32,000 bases of DNA. It comes from Rhodobacter capsulatus SB 1003 (GTDB lineage: Bacteria; Pseudomonadota; Alphaproteobacteria; Rhodobacterales; Rhodobacteraceae). This document shows, in pieces, positions 17,010 to 25,689 of this stretch. Location of the stretch: positions 90,001-122,000 of the forward strand of contig NC_014035.1 of the NCBI RefSeq assembly GCF_000021865.1, in the 5' to 3' direction. Within the stretch, counting starts at the first letter, position 1. Every line of letters starts with the position of its first letter. A program made the translations under genes and the position numbers. The notes beneath the pieces were generated by a model. That model was not told the DNA's origin and ran no database searches. It saw only the letters and a list, made by a program, of their open reading frames with translations.

Positions 17010-18095
17010 TCAGCGCCTCTTGATCCAGGCGGGGTCGGTCTTGGCGCTTTGCGCCATGTCGCGCTGCGCGGTGACCAGCGTGTCGAAAAGCACCGTCGCC
17101 TCCGGGCCTTCGATCACGATCGGCGCGGCCCGGCCAAGCGCGGGCACCAGTTCCAGCCGCGTCGCCCCGGCCCCCACCGTCAGACCCTGCGCCACCTTCA
17201 CCACCCGGCTCTTGATGCGCAGGATGGTGCGGGCGGTCTTTTCGATCACCTCGGCGGCGGTGGCGGGGGTATGGGTGACGATCACCTCGTATTCCGGATA
17301 GGTGCGGGCGCGGCGATAGGTGATGATCCGCCCCGCGCGGTCGCAGACATGCCCGGCGTCGGACACGACGAAACTGTCGCCCATCGGCAGACCGCCCACG
17401 ACCAGTTCCCGCCAGGGATCGCCCAGAGGCGAGGGGACCAGCGAAATATCGGCGCGCAGCGGGCGGCCATCCAGCACCAGCCAGCCGAATTCCTGACAGC
17501 CGTAAAGATCGTGCACGGCATAGCCAAAGGCCTCGGCCACCGGCAAAAGCTCGGCATCCAGCGGCGTTCCGGCACACAGAAGCACGCAGCCCTGCGGCAT
17601 CCGCGGCTTCAGATCCAGCCGCAGGGCCTGTTCCAGCGTCGCGCGCAGGAACGAGGATTCGCCAAGGATCAGCCGCGGCTGCTCGCGGCAGGCGGCCAGC
17701 AACAGCGCATCGCGGCTGGAGCGTTCCAGATGCGACCAGACCAGGCCGCAGCCCTCAAGCGCCTGTTTTGAAAACACATTCACCAGCGGCGGATAGGTGA
17801 CAAGCATCCGTTCGCCCGCCGGGATCTGCAGCCGCCCGAAAATCTCCCGGGCGACTGCATTGCGGTTTTCCAGCTCGGCATGGGTCACGCCGACGATGGT
17901 CTGAAAGGCCGACGATCCGGTGGTGAAGGTCAGATAGGCCAGATTGAAGGGGGTGTGGACCTCCTCGATCACATGCGCCGCGGTGGGGCCCGCGATGCCC
18001 TTGTGCGCCAGCGTGCGGCGGGGCATTTCCGCCAAAGTCGGCACCGCGCCTTGCAGGCTCAGCGCGTCTTCGAGGGCTTTGAGATCGTCTGACAT
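17010..18095 (-). CDS. madH: Adenylate-forming ligase-like protein in the madH position (putative acetate:SH-ACP ligase)
   Basis: A degenerate P-loop-like TFTTGSSAF and YGCQEFG resemble PaaK/F390-synthetase-type ligases. It sits between the carboxyltransferase and holo-ACP synthase genes, as madH does. Confidence 0.6.
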   Translation of the reverse strand: MSDDLKALEDALSLQGAVPTLAEMPRRTLAHKGIAGPTAAHVIEEVHTPFNLAYLTFTTGSSAFQTIVGVTHAELENRNAVAREIFGRLQIPAGERMLVTYPPLVNVFSKQALEGCGLVWSHLERSSRDALLLAACREQPRLILGESSFLRATLEQALRLDLKPRMPQGCVLLCAGTPLDAELLPVAEAFGYAVHDLYGCQEFGWLVLDGRPLRADISLVPSPLGDPWRELVVGGLPMGDSFVVSDAGHVCDRAGRIITYRRARTYPEYEVIVTHTPATAAEVIEKTARTILRIKSRVVKVAQGLTVGAGATRLELVPALGRAAPIVIEGPEATVLFDTLVTAQRDMAQSAKTDPAWIKRR

Positions 18096-18129
18096 CTTCG
18101 TCTTCCTTTGGCCGTCGGTCTTTCGGGGC

Positions 18130-19023
18130 TCAGCGGCTGGGCGCGTAGCGATCCGCCACGGCGGCGAAATCGCGGCTCATCATCTCGATGACGCGGGGAC
18201 GCTCGATCCGGCCGCCGCGGGCTTCGCCCAGCTTGCCGCGGCCCCAGGGGCCAAGATCGTCCTGCCGTCCCTCCAGCTTCGCGGCCCGGACCTCGGCGAT
18301 CCGCGCGACGATGGCGGGGCGCATGCCATCGAGCGTCTCGACCAGCGCCTCGACGCCGCCAAGCGAGTGGAAGAAGCGCGGACCGGCGGCAAAGACGGCG
18401 CTTTGCTTCGACAGGACTTCCAGCGTTTCCAGATCCTTGCGGATGATCCGCGAGACCGAGGTCAAGGGCATCACATGGATCATCGTGCCGAATTGCGCAT
18501 CGAGCGACAGGATCGCATCGGCCTGCAGCCCGTGGCACAGGAACGCCCCCGAGATCGCCCGGCCGATCACCATGGCGATGATCGGATGGCCCTTCAGCCG
18601 CGCCTCGGCCAGCGCCAGCTGATAGGCGGCGGTCGATTTGTTCATGCCGAAGATTTCCTCGACCTTGCCCGGGCCGTTGCCGGGGGTGTCGACGATCAGC
18701 ACCAGCGGCCGTTTTTCCGCCAGCGGCTTTTCGGCATCCTCGATGATCGAGGCATAGACCGCCTCGGCCATCTTGTAGCCTTCCTCCAGCCCGATGATCC
18801 CGGCGTAGACCACCGGGAATTTCTCGTTCATCGCGCCGCCATCCGAGGCGATGATCGTGCAGACCGTGCCTTGCAGCGTCGCGGTGCCGACGACCGCGCC
18901 CGGCCCGAATTCGGGATCGTCGAAGCTTTTCGCCCCCACGGTGCCCTCGGCGAAGCTGCCCGCATCGACGATCATCTCGATCGCGTCGCGGCCCCGCCCC
19001 ATCATGCTTTCCTGCATGTCCAT
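18130..19023 (-). CDS. madD: Malonate decarboxylase carboxyltransferase subunit (MadD / MdcE gamma-like)
   Basis: Carboxyltransferase-alpha-like sequence is present (LVLIVDTPGNGPGKVEE, IIAMVIGRAISGAFL). Confidence 0.85.
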   Translation of the reverse strand: MDMQESMMGRGRDAIEMIVDAGSFAEGTVGAKSFDDPEFGPGAVVGTATLQGTVCTIIASDGGAMNEKFPVVYAGIIGLEEGYKMAEAVYASIIEDAEKPLAEKRPLVLIVDTPGNGPGKVEEIFGMNKSTAAYQLALAEARLKGHPIIAMVIGRAISGAFLCHGLQADAILSLDAQFGTMIHVMPLTSVSRIIRKDLETLEVLSKQSAVFAAGPRFFHSLGGVEALVETLDGMRPAIVARIAEVRAAKLEGRQDDLGPWGRGKLGEARGGRIERPRVIEMMSRDFAAVADRYAPSR

Positions 19024-19042
19024 GATTTTTCTCCTTTTCGGG

Positions 19043-19999
19043 TCAGACGGCGAGACGGCGCACAGTGGCCAGAAACTCGGACAGGGGCAGGTCGATCAGC
19101 CCGTGGGCGTCAGTGTTGCCCGCCCGCGTCCAGACATCGGTCGCATCAGAGGGTTGCATCTCGGCCGCCAGCGCCACGGCGCGCAGCTGCGCCTTGACCT
19201 TGGCGGGCGAACCGATGCGGCGCATCTCCTCGAAGGCCTCGATCGAAAGCCCGGCCAGCGCCGAGACCTGCTCGCGGAAGGCCGCGACGGTGTTTTCGAC
19301 CAGGAAATTCGCATCGCCCATGATGAACTTGTGCCGCCCGCCGGTGGTGCGGTAGACAAGCGCGCGGTCAGAGGCGTCGAATTCCTCCTTGCCCATTTCC
19401 TGCTCGATCACCTCGGGGCCGGTCAGGCCAAGGCGGCCGAATTCCGACATGATGATCACGTCGGTGGCGGCGGCGACGAAGCCCATCCCGCCAAAGGCGC
19501 CGACCTTGGAGCCGATCAGCGCGATCACCGGCACCTTGCCGCGGGCCTTTTGCAGCTGGTCCATCACCTCGGCATGGGCCAGAAGCCCGGCGTTGGCCTC
19601 GTGCAGCCGCACGCCGCCGGTCTCGAAGGAAATCACCACGAGGGGCTTTTCCTCTTCGTCGAGGTCGTCGAATTGCGCCACAAGATCGTCATGGAAGTCG
19701 ATCGCCAGCTTGATCGTGTTGACCATTTTCGCGCCGCCGATCTCGCCGACCGAGCCGCCGATGAAGCGGCCTTCCTGCGAGATCACGAAAACGGGGGTGC
19801 GGCCGATCTTGCCGACGCCGGTGACGATGCCGTCGTCAAAGGCCACGGCATCGCCGAGCAGGGCCAGGTGCGGGCTGGTCACCCGGTCGAAGGGGCCGGC
19901 CAGTTCGGTGAAGCTGCCCTCGTCCACCAGACCGATGGCACGGTCGCGGGCCGAGGCTTCAAGGAAGCTGCGGGGTTGCAGGTCTGTCCAGTTGGTCAT
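19043..19999 (-). CDS. madC: Malonate decarboxylase carboxyltransferase subunit (MadC / MdcD beta-like)
   Basis: The start is the internal MTNWTDLQPRSFLEASARDR at 19999, with a GGAGAG RBS. Carboxyltransferase-beta-like sequence is present (GGSVGEIGGAKM, FETGGVRLHEANAGL). Confidence 0.85.
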   Translation of the reverse strand: MTNWTDLQPRSFLEASARDRAIGLVDEGSFTELAGPFDRVTSPHLALLGDAVAFDDGIVTGVGKIGRTPVFVISQEGRFIGGSVGEIGGAKMVNTIKLAIDFHDDLVAQFDDLDEEEKPLVVISFETGGVRLHEANAGLLAHAEVMDQLQKARGKVPVIALIGSKVGAFGGMGFVAAATDVIIMSEFGRLGLTGPEVIEQEMGKEEFDASDRALVYRTTGGRHKFIMGDANFLVENTVAAFREQVSALAGLSIEAFEEMRRIGSPAKVKAQLRAVALAAEMQPSDATDVWTRAGNTDAHGLIDLPLSEFLATVRRLAV

Positions 20000-20013
20000 C
20001 TCGTCTCTCCGCC

Positions 20014-20322
20014 TCAGGCCGCGGCCAGCGCCTGTTGCAGGCGCAACAGCACGACGGCGGGGGTGGCGTTGTTGTCGTTGATCTCGATGCGGGCGTCGCA
20101 AAGCCCGGACTCGTCGAGGAATTTCTGCAAGACGCGGGTCCAGAGCGCGTCAAAGCCGGTGACGGGGGTGACCACGGTCACCGCGACGCGGCCCGAAAGG
20201 TCTTCGGGATGCATCATGATTTCCAGATCGCTGGATCCGGTGACGCCCACATGCAGGCGGGCTTGGATCTTCGTCTTCGGCGCGGCGGCGGCCAGATCCA
20301 GGGTGAGAGTGTGCAAGGCCAT
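20014..20322 (-). CDS. madE: Malonate decarboxylase acyl carrier protein (MadE / MdcC delta)
   Basis: A 102-aa protein with the prosthetic-group serine motif VGVTGSSDLE. It lies between the alpha and beta subunit genes. Confidence 0.85.
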   Translation of the reverse strand: MALHTLTLDLAAAAPKTKIQARLHVGVTGSSDLEIMMHPEDLSGRVAVTVVTPVTGFDALWTRVLQKFLDESGLCDARIEINDNNATPAVVLLRLQQALAAA

Positions 20323-20336
20323 GATTTTGCCTGTCT

Positions 20337-22010
20337 TTACCAGTTGCGGAAGCGGGCGGGCGGGTTGTAAAGGCCGCCGGACCAGGTCACGAGATCGCGC
20401 ATGCTTTTCGCGGCCAGCAGGTCGCGGTTGGCACGGGCGGGGTTGATGCCCAGATCGGAGACGGTCTTGACGATGCCCGCCTCGCGCAGGGCGCGGGTTT
20501 CTTCGGGTTTCGCGGCAAGGCCGATGTCGGTGAAGCCCGCGACGGCGCGGATGGCGGCCATGCGGGCCTCCATGTCCTTGCAGCGGTTCAGGTAGGCGAT
20601 GCCTTCCTCGGTGACGATATGGGTCAGGTCGTCGCCGTAGATCATCACCGGCGGGATCGGCAGATCGGCATCCCGCGCCAGTTTCCAGGCGTCAAGTTCG
20701 TCGACAAAGACCGGGGCACGGCCCTCGCCGAAGGTTTCAACCCCTTGCACCACAAGGCGTTTGCCGCGCGGCAGATTGCCGATGTCACGCTCGAGCGAGG
20801 GCAGTTCCTGGCCGCATTTCAGCCAGGCGTCGGTCGGGTGGCGCCGCCCCTTGGCATCGCAGCCCATGTTCGGCGCGCCGCCGAAGCCGGCCACCCGGCC
20901 CGCCGTCGCGGTCGAGGAGTTGCCGTATTTGTCGATCTGCAGCGTGCCGCCGATGAACATGTCGATGGCGTAATGCCCCGCCGTCTGGGCAAAGGCCCGG
21001 TTCGAGCGCAGCGAGCCGTCCGGCCCCACGAAGAACACGTCCGGCCGCGAGGCGACGTAATCTTCCATGCCCAACTCACCGCCGAAGCAATGGATCGTGT
21101 CGACCCAGCCTTCCTCGATCGCCGGGATCATGGTCGGATGCGGGTTCAAGATCATATGCGTGCAGCATTTGCCCTTGAGCCCCAGTTCCAGACCATAGGT
21201 CGGCAGGATCAGTTCAATGGCCGAGGTCAAAAAGCCGATGCCGTGGTTCATCGAGCTGACGCCATATTCGGCATAGATCCCCTTCAGGCACATCATCGCC
21301 AAAAGGATCTGGCTGTCGGTCACCAGCGCCGGATCGCGGGTGAAAAGCGGCTCGATGAAGAACGGCTTCGGCGATTGGATCACCGCATCCACCCAGTCGC
21401 CCGGAATATCGACGCGCGGCAGTTCGTCAACGATTTCATTGACCTGCGCGATGACGATGCCTTCGCGGAACTTTGTCGCCTCGACGATGGCGGGGGTGTC
21501 TTCGGTGTTGAAGCCGGTGTAAAGGTTGCCCTTGCGGTCAGCCTTGTAGGCGCAGACGAGCGAGACCCGCGGCGTCAGGTCCAGGAAGTAGCGGCCGAAA
21601 AGTTCCAGATAGGTGTGGATCGCGCCCAGCTCGATCTTGCCATTGGCGATGAATTTCGCCACCCGCCCGGCTTGCGGCCCGCCAAAGGCGAAGTCGAGTT
21701 TCTTGGCGATGCCGTTTTCAAAGAGATCCAGATGCGCGGGCAGCGGCACCGCCGATTGCACCATGTGCAGGTCATGGATCTTGCCGCGGTCAACCTTGTT
21801 CAGGCATTCGGCCAGGAAGTCGGCCTGTTTCTGGTTGTTGCCTTCGATGTTGATGATGTCGAAGGGGCGGATCACCGCTTCCAGAAGCGCCACCGTATCC
21901 TTGGCGAGCACTTCCTTGCCCTTGACATAGAGGGGCGCTGCCGCCTCCTTGCGCGCGGCGGTATCTTCCGCCCGCTTGCGCCAGCTGTTGCGCTTGTCTT
22001 GCTGCGTCAT
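20337..22010 (-). CDS. madA: Malonate decarboxylase alpha subunit (acetyl-S-ACP:malonate ACP transferase, MadA/MdcA)
   Basis: A 557-aa protein with MdcA-like sequence throughout and the characteristic C-terminus PPARFRNW. It has a strong GAAGGAGGAAG RBS. Confidence 0.92.
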   Translation of the reverse strand: MTQQDKRNSWRKRAEDTAARKEAAAPLYVKGKEVLAKDTVALLEAVIRPFDIINIEGNNQKQADFLAECLNKVDRGKIHDLHMVQSAVPLPAHLDLFENGIAKKLDFAFGGPQAGRVAKFIANGKIELGAIHTYLELFGRYFLDLTPRVSLVCAYKADRKGNLYTGFNTEDTPAIVEATKFREGIVIAQVNEIVDELPRVDIPGDWVDAVIQSPKPFFIEPLFTRDPALVTDSQILLAMMCLKGIYAEYGVSSMNHGIGFLTSAIELILPTYGLELGLKGKCCTHMILNPHPTMIPAIEEGWVDTIHCFGGELGMEDYVASRPDVFFVGPDGSLRSNRAFAQTAGHYAIDMFIGGTLQIDKYGNSSTATAGRVAGFGGAPNMGCDAKGRRHPTDAWLKCGQELPSLERDIGNLPRGKRLVVQGVETFGEGRAPVFVDELDAWKLARDADLPIPPVMIYGDDLTHIVTEEGIAYLNRCKDMEARMAAIRAVAGFTDIGLAAKPEETRALREAGIVKTVSDLGINPARANRDLLAAKSMRDLVTWSGGLYNPPARFRNW

Positions 22011-22040
22011 TTGCTTTCGTCTTCCTCCTTCAGAGGGTTT

Positions 22041-22871
22041 TCAAAGGGTTGCCTGCGTCGCGGCGAGGGGGATCTCGCCGAAGATGACGCTGTGAAGGGT
22101 GCCGTCGGCGGTGCGCAGACAGAGCGCGCCATCCGGGCCAAGCGCCTCGGCGATGCCCTGACGGGGGGCTTGCGGGGCGGAAAGGGTGACGGGCTGGCCC
22201 AGCGTGCAGGAGCGCACCGACCAGGCATGCCGGGCGGGCTCGAAGCCGAGGCGTTCCCATTCGGTCAGCCGGTGGTCGAGCCGTTCGACCAGCGCCGCGA
22301 AAAGATCGAAGCGGTCGACCTTGCGGCCGGTTTCGGCGCTGATCGAGGTGGCGATGGCTTGCAGCTCCGGCGGGAAATCCGTGCGGTTCTGGGCGATGTT
22401 GATGCCGATGCCCGCGATGATGTGATCCAGATCGCCTTCGGGGGTCAGCACCAGTTCGCACAGGATGCCCGAAAGCTTGCGGCCCGCGACCATCAGGTCG
22501 TTCGGCCATTTGATTTGCGGCGCAAGGCCCGTGCTGCGGGTGATGGCCTCGGCCGCGGCGACGGCGATGACAAGCGTCACCTGCGCCAGATCGGCCAGAG
22601 GGCGGGAGGGACGCAGAAGCACCGAGGCGAGCAGGCTTTCCCCGGGACGCGAAACCCAGGGTCGGTCGTATTTGCCCCGTCCGGCCGTCTGATGATCGGC
22701 CAGAACGATGGTGCCCGTGGGCGCGCCCCTCCGCGCCAGACCGGCCAGGAAGCTGTTTGTGGAGGACAGAACGGGCCGGTGGTGGACCGCGCAGCCGATC
22801 CCGGTCCGACGCCGGACGGGAAGGGCAAGCGTCGGGAGGTTCGGGAGAAGATCGGGATGGTGCGCGGTCAT
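22041..22871 (-). CDS. birA: Biotin-[acetyl-CoA-carboxylase] ligase, group I (no N-terminal HTH)
   Basis: BirA motifs are present: the biotin-binding loop HQTAGRGKYDRPW and KWPNDLMVAGRKLSGILCE. It has an AGGAG RBS and is embedded between madB and madA. Confidence 0.9.
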   Translation of the reverse strand: MTAHHPDLLPNLPTLALPVRRRTGIGCAVHHRPVLSSTNSFLAGLARRGAPTGTIVLADHQTAGRGKYDRPWVSRPGESLLASVLLRPSRPLADLAQVTLVIAVAAAEAITRSTGLAPQIKWPNDLMVAGRKLSGILCELVLTPEGDLDHIIAGIGINIAQNRTDFPPELQAIATSISAETGRKVDRFDLFAALVERLDHRLTEWERLGFEPARHAWSVRSCTLGQPVTLSAPQAPRQGIAEALGPDGALCLRTADGTLHSVIFGEIPLAATQATL

Positions 22872-22906
22872 GGGTTTGCTCCTGTGAGCGGGTCAGGGAC
22901 GGTCGG

Positions 22907-24115
22907 TCAGTTGACCAGACCGATGGTCGAGGCGAAGACACCGACGGCGATGGCCGAGACGATGACCCCGCAGATCGAGGCGCCCATGGCGAGCGGCATG
23001 ATCATGGCGTGGGGGTTGGCTTCGAAGGCTTCCTTCTGGGCGATCTTCGCGGTCGAGGGCATGCAGGAGACGCCGGCGATACCGATGACGGGGTTGTAAT
23101 TGCCCTTCGACAGTTTCCAGACCAGATAGCCGCCGCCGATGCCGCCAAGCGCCGAGACGGCCAGCGCGGTGATGCCAAGGATCAGCAGCAGCGCGACTTG
23201 CGGATCAAGCAGGGTTCCGGCTTCGCACAGCGTCCCCAGCACCAGGCCCAGAAGCAGGGTCGAGGCGTAAGTGACGGTGTTTTCAAGGAACTTCTGGTAG
23301 GGCTCGATTTCCGCTTCCTTGATCGCGACGCCGAGGAAGAACGACAGGATCAGCGGCGTGGCGACGGGCAGCAGCAGGCACAGCAGACCGGCGGCAACCA
23401 CGGTGAAGATGAATTTCGCCTGCGGCGTGACATCGGGGAAGTCGTAATCGACTTCGATGGCGCGGTGCTCTTCCTTGATCAGCCAGCGCACCAGATAGGG
23501 GTAGCCCGCATAGGTCAGCGACAGATAAAGATAGGCGATGATCGAGATCGGCACGAAGAGGTTCTTCGCCATCATCAGCGAGCCAAAGAGCACCATCGGA
23601 CCATCGGCGCCGCCGATCGTGCCCACGGCCGCGGCTTCACCGGGCGTCAGGCCGCAATAGTAACCGATCACCAGCGTCACGAAGGTGCCCAGTTCCGCGC
23701 AGACCGCGACCGCGATCGAGGCCCAGGGCCGGGCGAGGATGAAGGAAATGTCCGCCATCGTGCCGATGCCCATGAAGAGCATGCAGGCCACCAGCGAGTT
23801 GACGAAGGTGAAGTTGTAGATCGGCTGCAGGAAGTTGATCTGCATGATGTCCATGAGCGCATTCGTCTCGGATACCAGGGGCGAGATCACCAGCGTGCCG
23901 ACCTGGCCGCCTTCCAGGATCATCACGCCGGCGTTGACCGCCATCATGCCAAGGCCCATCGGCACCATGATCAGCGGTTCCAGCGTGCGCTTGAAGCCCA
24001 GATAGGCCAGCAGGAAACCAAGCCCGATGAACGCCAGACGGGCGAAGGAAATCAGCGGGTCCTGGATGAAGAGTGTCCCGATACCGGGAAAGATGTTGAA
24101 CAGGGTCTCAAGCAT
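22907..24115 (-). CDS. madB: Membrane carboxybiotin decarboxylase, Na+-translocating decarboxylase beta-subunit family (MadB/OadB/GcdB)
   Basis: A 402-aa polytopic protein with OadB-family motifs (TIGGADGP, IGIAGVSCMPSTAK, PLAMGASICG). Confidence 0.88.
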   Translation of the reverse strand: MLETLFNIFPGIGTLFIQDPLISFARLAFIGLGFLLAYLGFKRTLEPLIMVPMGLGMMAVNAGVMILEGGQVGTLVISPLVSETNALMDIMQINFLQPIYNFTFVNSLVACMLFMGIGTMADISFILARPWASIAVAVCAELGTFVTLVIGYYCGLTPGEAAAVGTIGGADGPMVLFGSLMMAKNLFVPISIIAYLYLSLTYAGYPYLVRWLIKEEHRAIEVDYDFPDVTPQAKFIFTVVAAGLLCLLLPVATPLILSFFLGVAIKEAEIEPYQKFLENTVTYASTLLLGLVLGTLCEAGTLLDPQVALLLILGITALAVSALGGIGGGYLVWKLSKGNYNPVIGIAGVSCMPSTAKIAQKEAFEANPHAMIMPLAMGASICGVIVSAIAVGVFASTIGLVN

Positions 24116-24124
24116 TTGAGCGCC

Positions 24125-24241
24125 TCAGGATGCGTTGGGAGAGGAGAGGAGTTTCGAGATGCCGACGATCACGCCGATCACCGCAAAGGAGATCGCGGCG
24201 GTGATCAGGTAGCTGAAGGCGGCATAGGTGATGATGTTCAT
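24125..24241 (-). CDS. 38-aa single-TM peptide, candidate accessory subunit of the membrane decarboxylase
   Basis: MNIITYAAFSYLITAAISFAVIGVIVGISKLLSSPNAS. A GAGG RBS lies 7 nt before its ATG, which is 7 nt after the madG stop. Its stop lies 9 nt before the madB ATG, and that gap holds a GAGG RBS. Confidence 0.5.
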   Translation of the reverse strand: MNIITYAAFSYLITAAISFAVIGVIVGISKLLSSPNAS

Positions 24242-24248
24242 GGATGCC

Positions 24249-25205
24249 TCAGGGGTTGCAGGGGGCGAAGGGCAGGGCCTCCGCGGGGAAGATCGGGGGC
24301 AGCTCGCCCCCGGAAAGCGCATCGACGCCAAGGGTCACGGCCAGAAGATCGGCCGCGCCGCCGGGGCTGATGTGTCGTTCGATGAACCGCGCATCGAGCG
24401 CGTGGATCGCCGCCAGCCCGTCGCCGGTCAGCGCGCCGCCAAGGGCGAGGATCTTGCGGGCCTCGGTCCGCATGAAGCTCAGCGCCGCGGGACCGCCGCG
24501 CCACAGCACGGTGGTGTCCTCGGTCTCGGCCATCAGCGCGATCAGCGTGTGGCACAGGCTGGTGGCCAGCGTCGCGCCGCTGGCGCGGGCGGCGCGCAGG
24601 GCGGGCAGGCCGTGGTTGCGCACGGTCGGATAGCCCGCCTCGGCCTCGCCGCGGATGCCAAGGACACCGTATTGACGAAACAGTTTCTCGCCCGCGGTTT
24701 CGGCCTCGCGGTGCAATCCGGCGCGCAATTCGCGGTCGCAGATCCCGGCGACCATCGCCGCGGCGGTGTCGAACAGCGCCGCCTCGGTCAGGTCGTCCCT
24801 GCGGGCGGCCAGCCCCGCCGCCGCCGCCAGCACGCCCGCCGAAAACAGCAGCCCGCGCTGGGTGTTGACGCCGCGCGTCGCGGCCAGAAGCCGGGCCTCG
24901 TAGATCTCGCCGATGGCGCGCACCCGGGGCAGCAGCGTCAGGGCCGGGCCGGCATGGTCAAGCCCGGCCTCCGCGCATTGGTAAAGACAGGGCGCAATCA
25001 CCGCCGAAGAGACCATGAAGGTCTGCAGGTTCATGTCCCGATGCGCGCCGTTCGAGCGCGGCGTCACCAGACCGGGTTTGGGATGGGTGGAGATTTCCAG
25101 CAGCGCCCCGGTCAGGAAAGCCGATCCGATCGACCAGGCGCTGGTTTGCGGTGACAAGGCAATGTCGCTGAACCAGTCCAGCGGCCTGCGCAACGCGTAT
25201 TTCAT
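24249..25205 (-). CDS. madG: Triphosphoribosyl-dephospho-CoA synthase (MadG / MdcB / CitG family)
   Basis: CitG-family motifs are present (THPKPGLVTP, ISPGGAADLLA). The ATG at 25205 (MKYALRRPL) is preferred over the TTG at 25223. Confidence 0.88.
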   Translation of the reverse strand: MKYALRRPLDWFSDIALSPQTSAWSIGSAFLTGALLEISTHPKPGLVTPRSNGAHRDMNLQTFMVSSAVIAPCLYQCAEAGLDHAGPALTLLPRVRAIGEIYEARLLAATRGVNTQRGLLFSAGVLAAAAGLAARRDDLTEAALFDTAAAMVAGICDRELRAGLHREAETAGEKLFRQYGVLGIRGEAEAGYPTVRNHGLPALRAARASGATLATSLCHTLIALMAETEDTTVLWRGGPAALSFMRTEARKILALGGALTGDGLAAIHALDARFIERHISPGGAADLLAVTLGVDALSGGELPPIFPAEALPFAPCNP

Positions 25206-25567
25206 GGGTTTCGTCCCGCGCAACTGACGGCAGCGCGGCGCTTCGTGAACGCCAGGCGTTCCACGGCCAATGCAGGGATTACCTCTGGTCGGGGAAACCG
25301 TCAGACATGCGCCACACCGATGTCACTTGCTCACGCGGCGCTTTGGGTTCGTCAGCCGTCGCAGCCCCACGCGGGCAGACGGCTCATCACGGGATCACGG
25401 CCCTGTCGGGCAGCTTCGCCTCACGTCCTTGTGATCGTTCGTGATCCGAAGCATGGCAGCATCGTTACGCCTGTCGCCCGGGCTTGTCCAGAAATCGTTT
25501 TCAGGGCGCAAGAGGCTGCGTCAAAGCGCCGCAGTTTTGCAGCTATTCATGGCAAAATCAATGACTT

Positions 25568-25583
25568 GGCAAAAATGGAGCCA
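25568..25583 (-). promoter_or_regulatory. Sigma-54-like -24/-12 element facing madG
   Basis: The minus strand reads TGGCTCCATTTTTGCC, which has the exact GG-N10-GC spacing of TGGCAC-N5-TTGC. It lies about 360 nt upstream of the madG ATG. No enhancer-binding protein gene is present in the window. Confidence 0.35.
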
Positions 25584-25650
25584 GCTTTGCAACAGCGGCG
25601 CGCGGGAATTGGCCCGCGGCTTGCGGCTCGCGTTTTCGTCAACGGCGACA

Positions 25651-25689
25651 GGCGATTGCGGCGCGGCGGCAGGCCGGGCGGCAATCGCC
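25651..25689. repeat. 9-bp perfect inverted repeat GGCGATTGC-N21-GCAATCGCC (extendable with mismatches)
   Basis: It lies 17 nt after the hutP-like stop and about 110 bp upstream of the predicted sigma-54-type start. It could be an activator UAS or an RNA hairpin ending the hutP-like transcript. No U-tract follows. Confidence 0.4.

Noticed and set aside
20619-24370. 826-aa and 537-aa plus-strand ORFs (20619-23099 and 22757-24370) opposite madA/birA/madB
   Set aside because: They have no domain-like sequence and extreme R/D/G/H bias, and they are fully antisense to strongly supported genes.
25576-25591. Plus-strand sigma-54-like match TGGAGCCAGCTTTGCA
   Set aside because: The spacing is correct but it points toward the 3' end of the minus-strand hutP-like gene, with nothing to transcribe. 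It overlaps the minus-strand match, which faces madG and is the more sensible reading.
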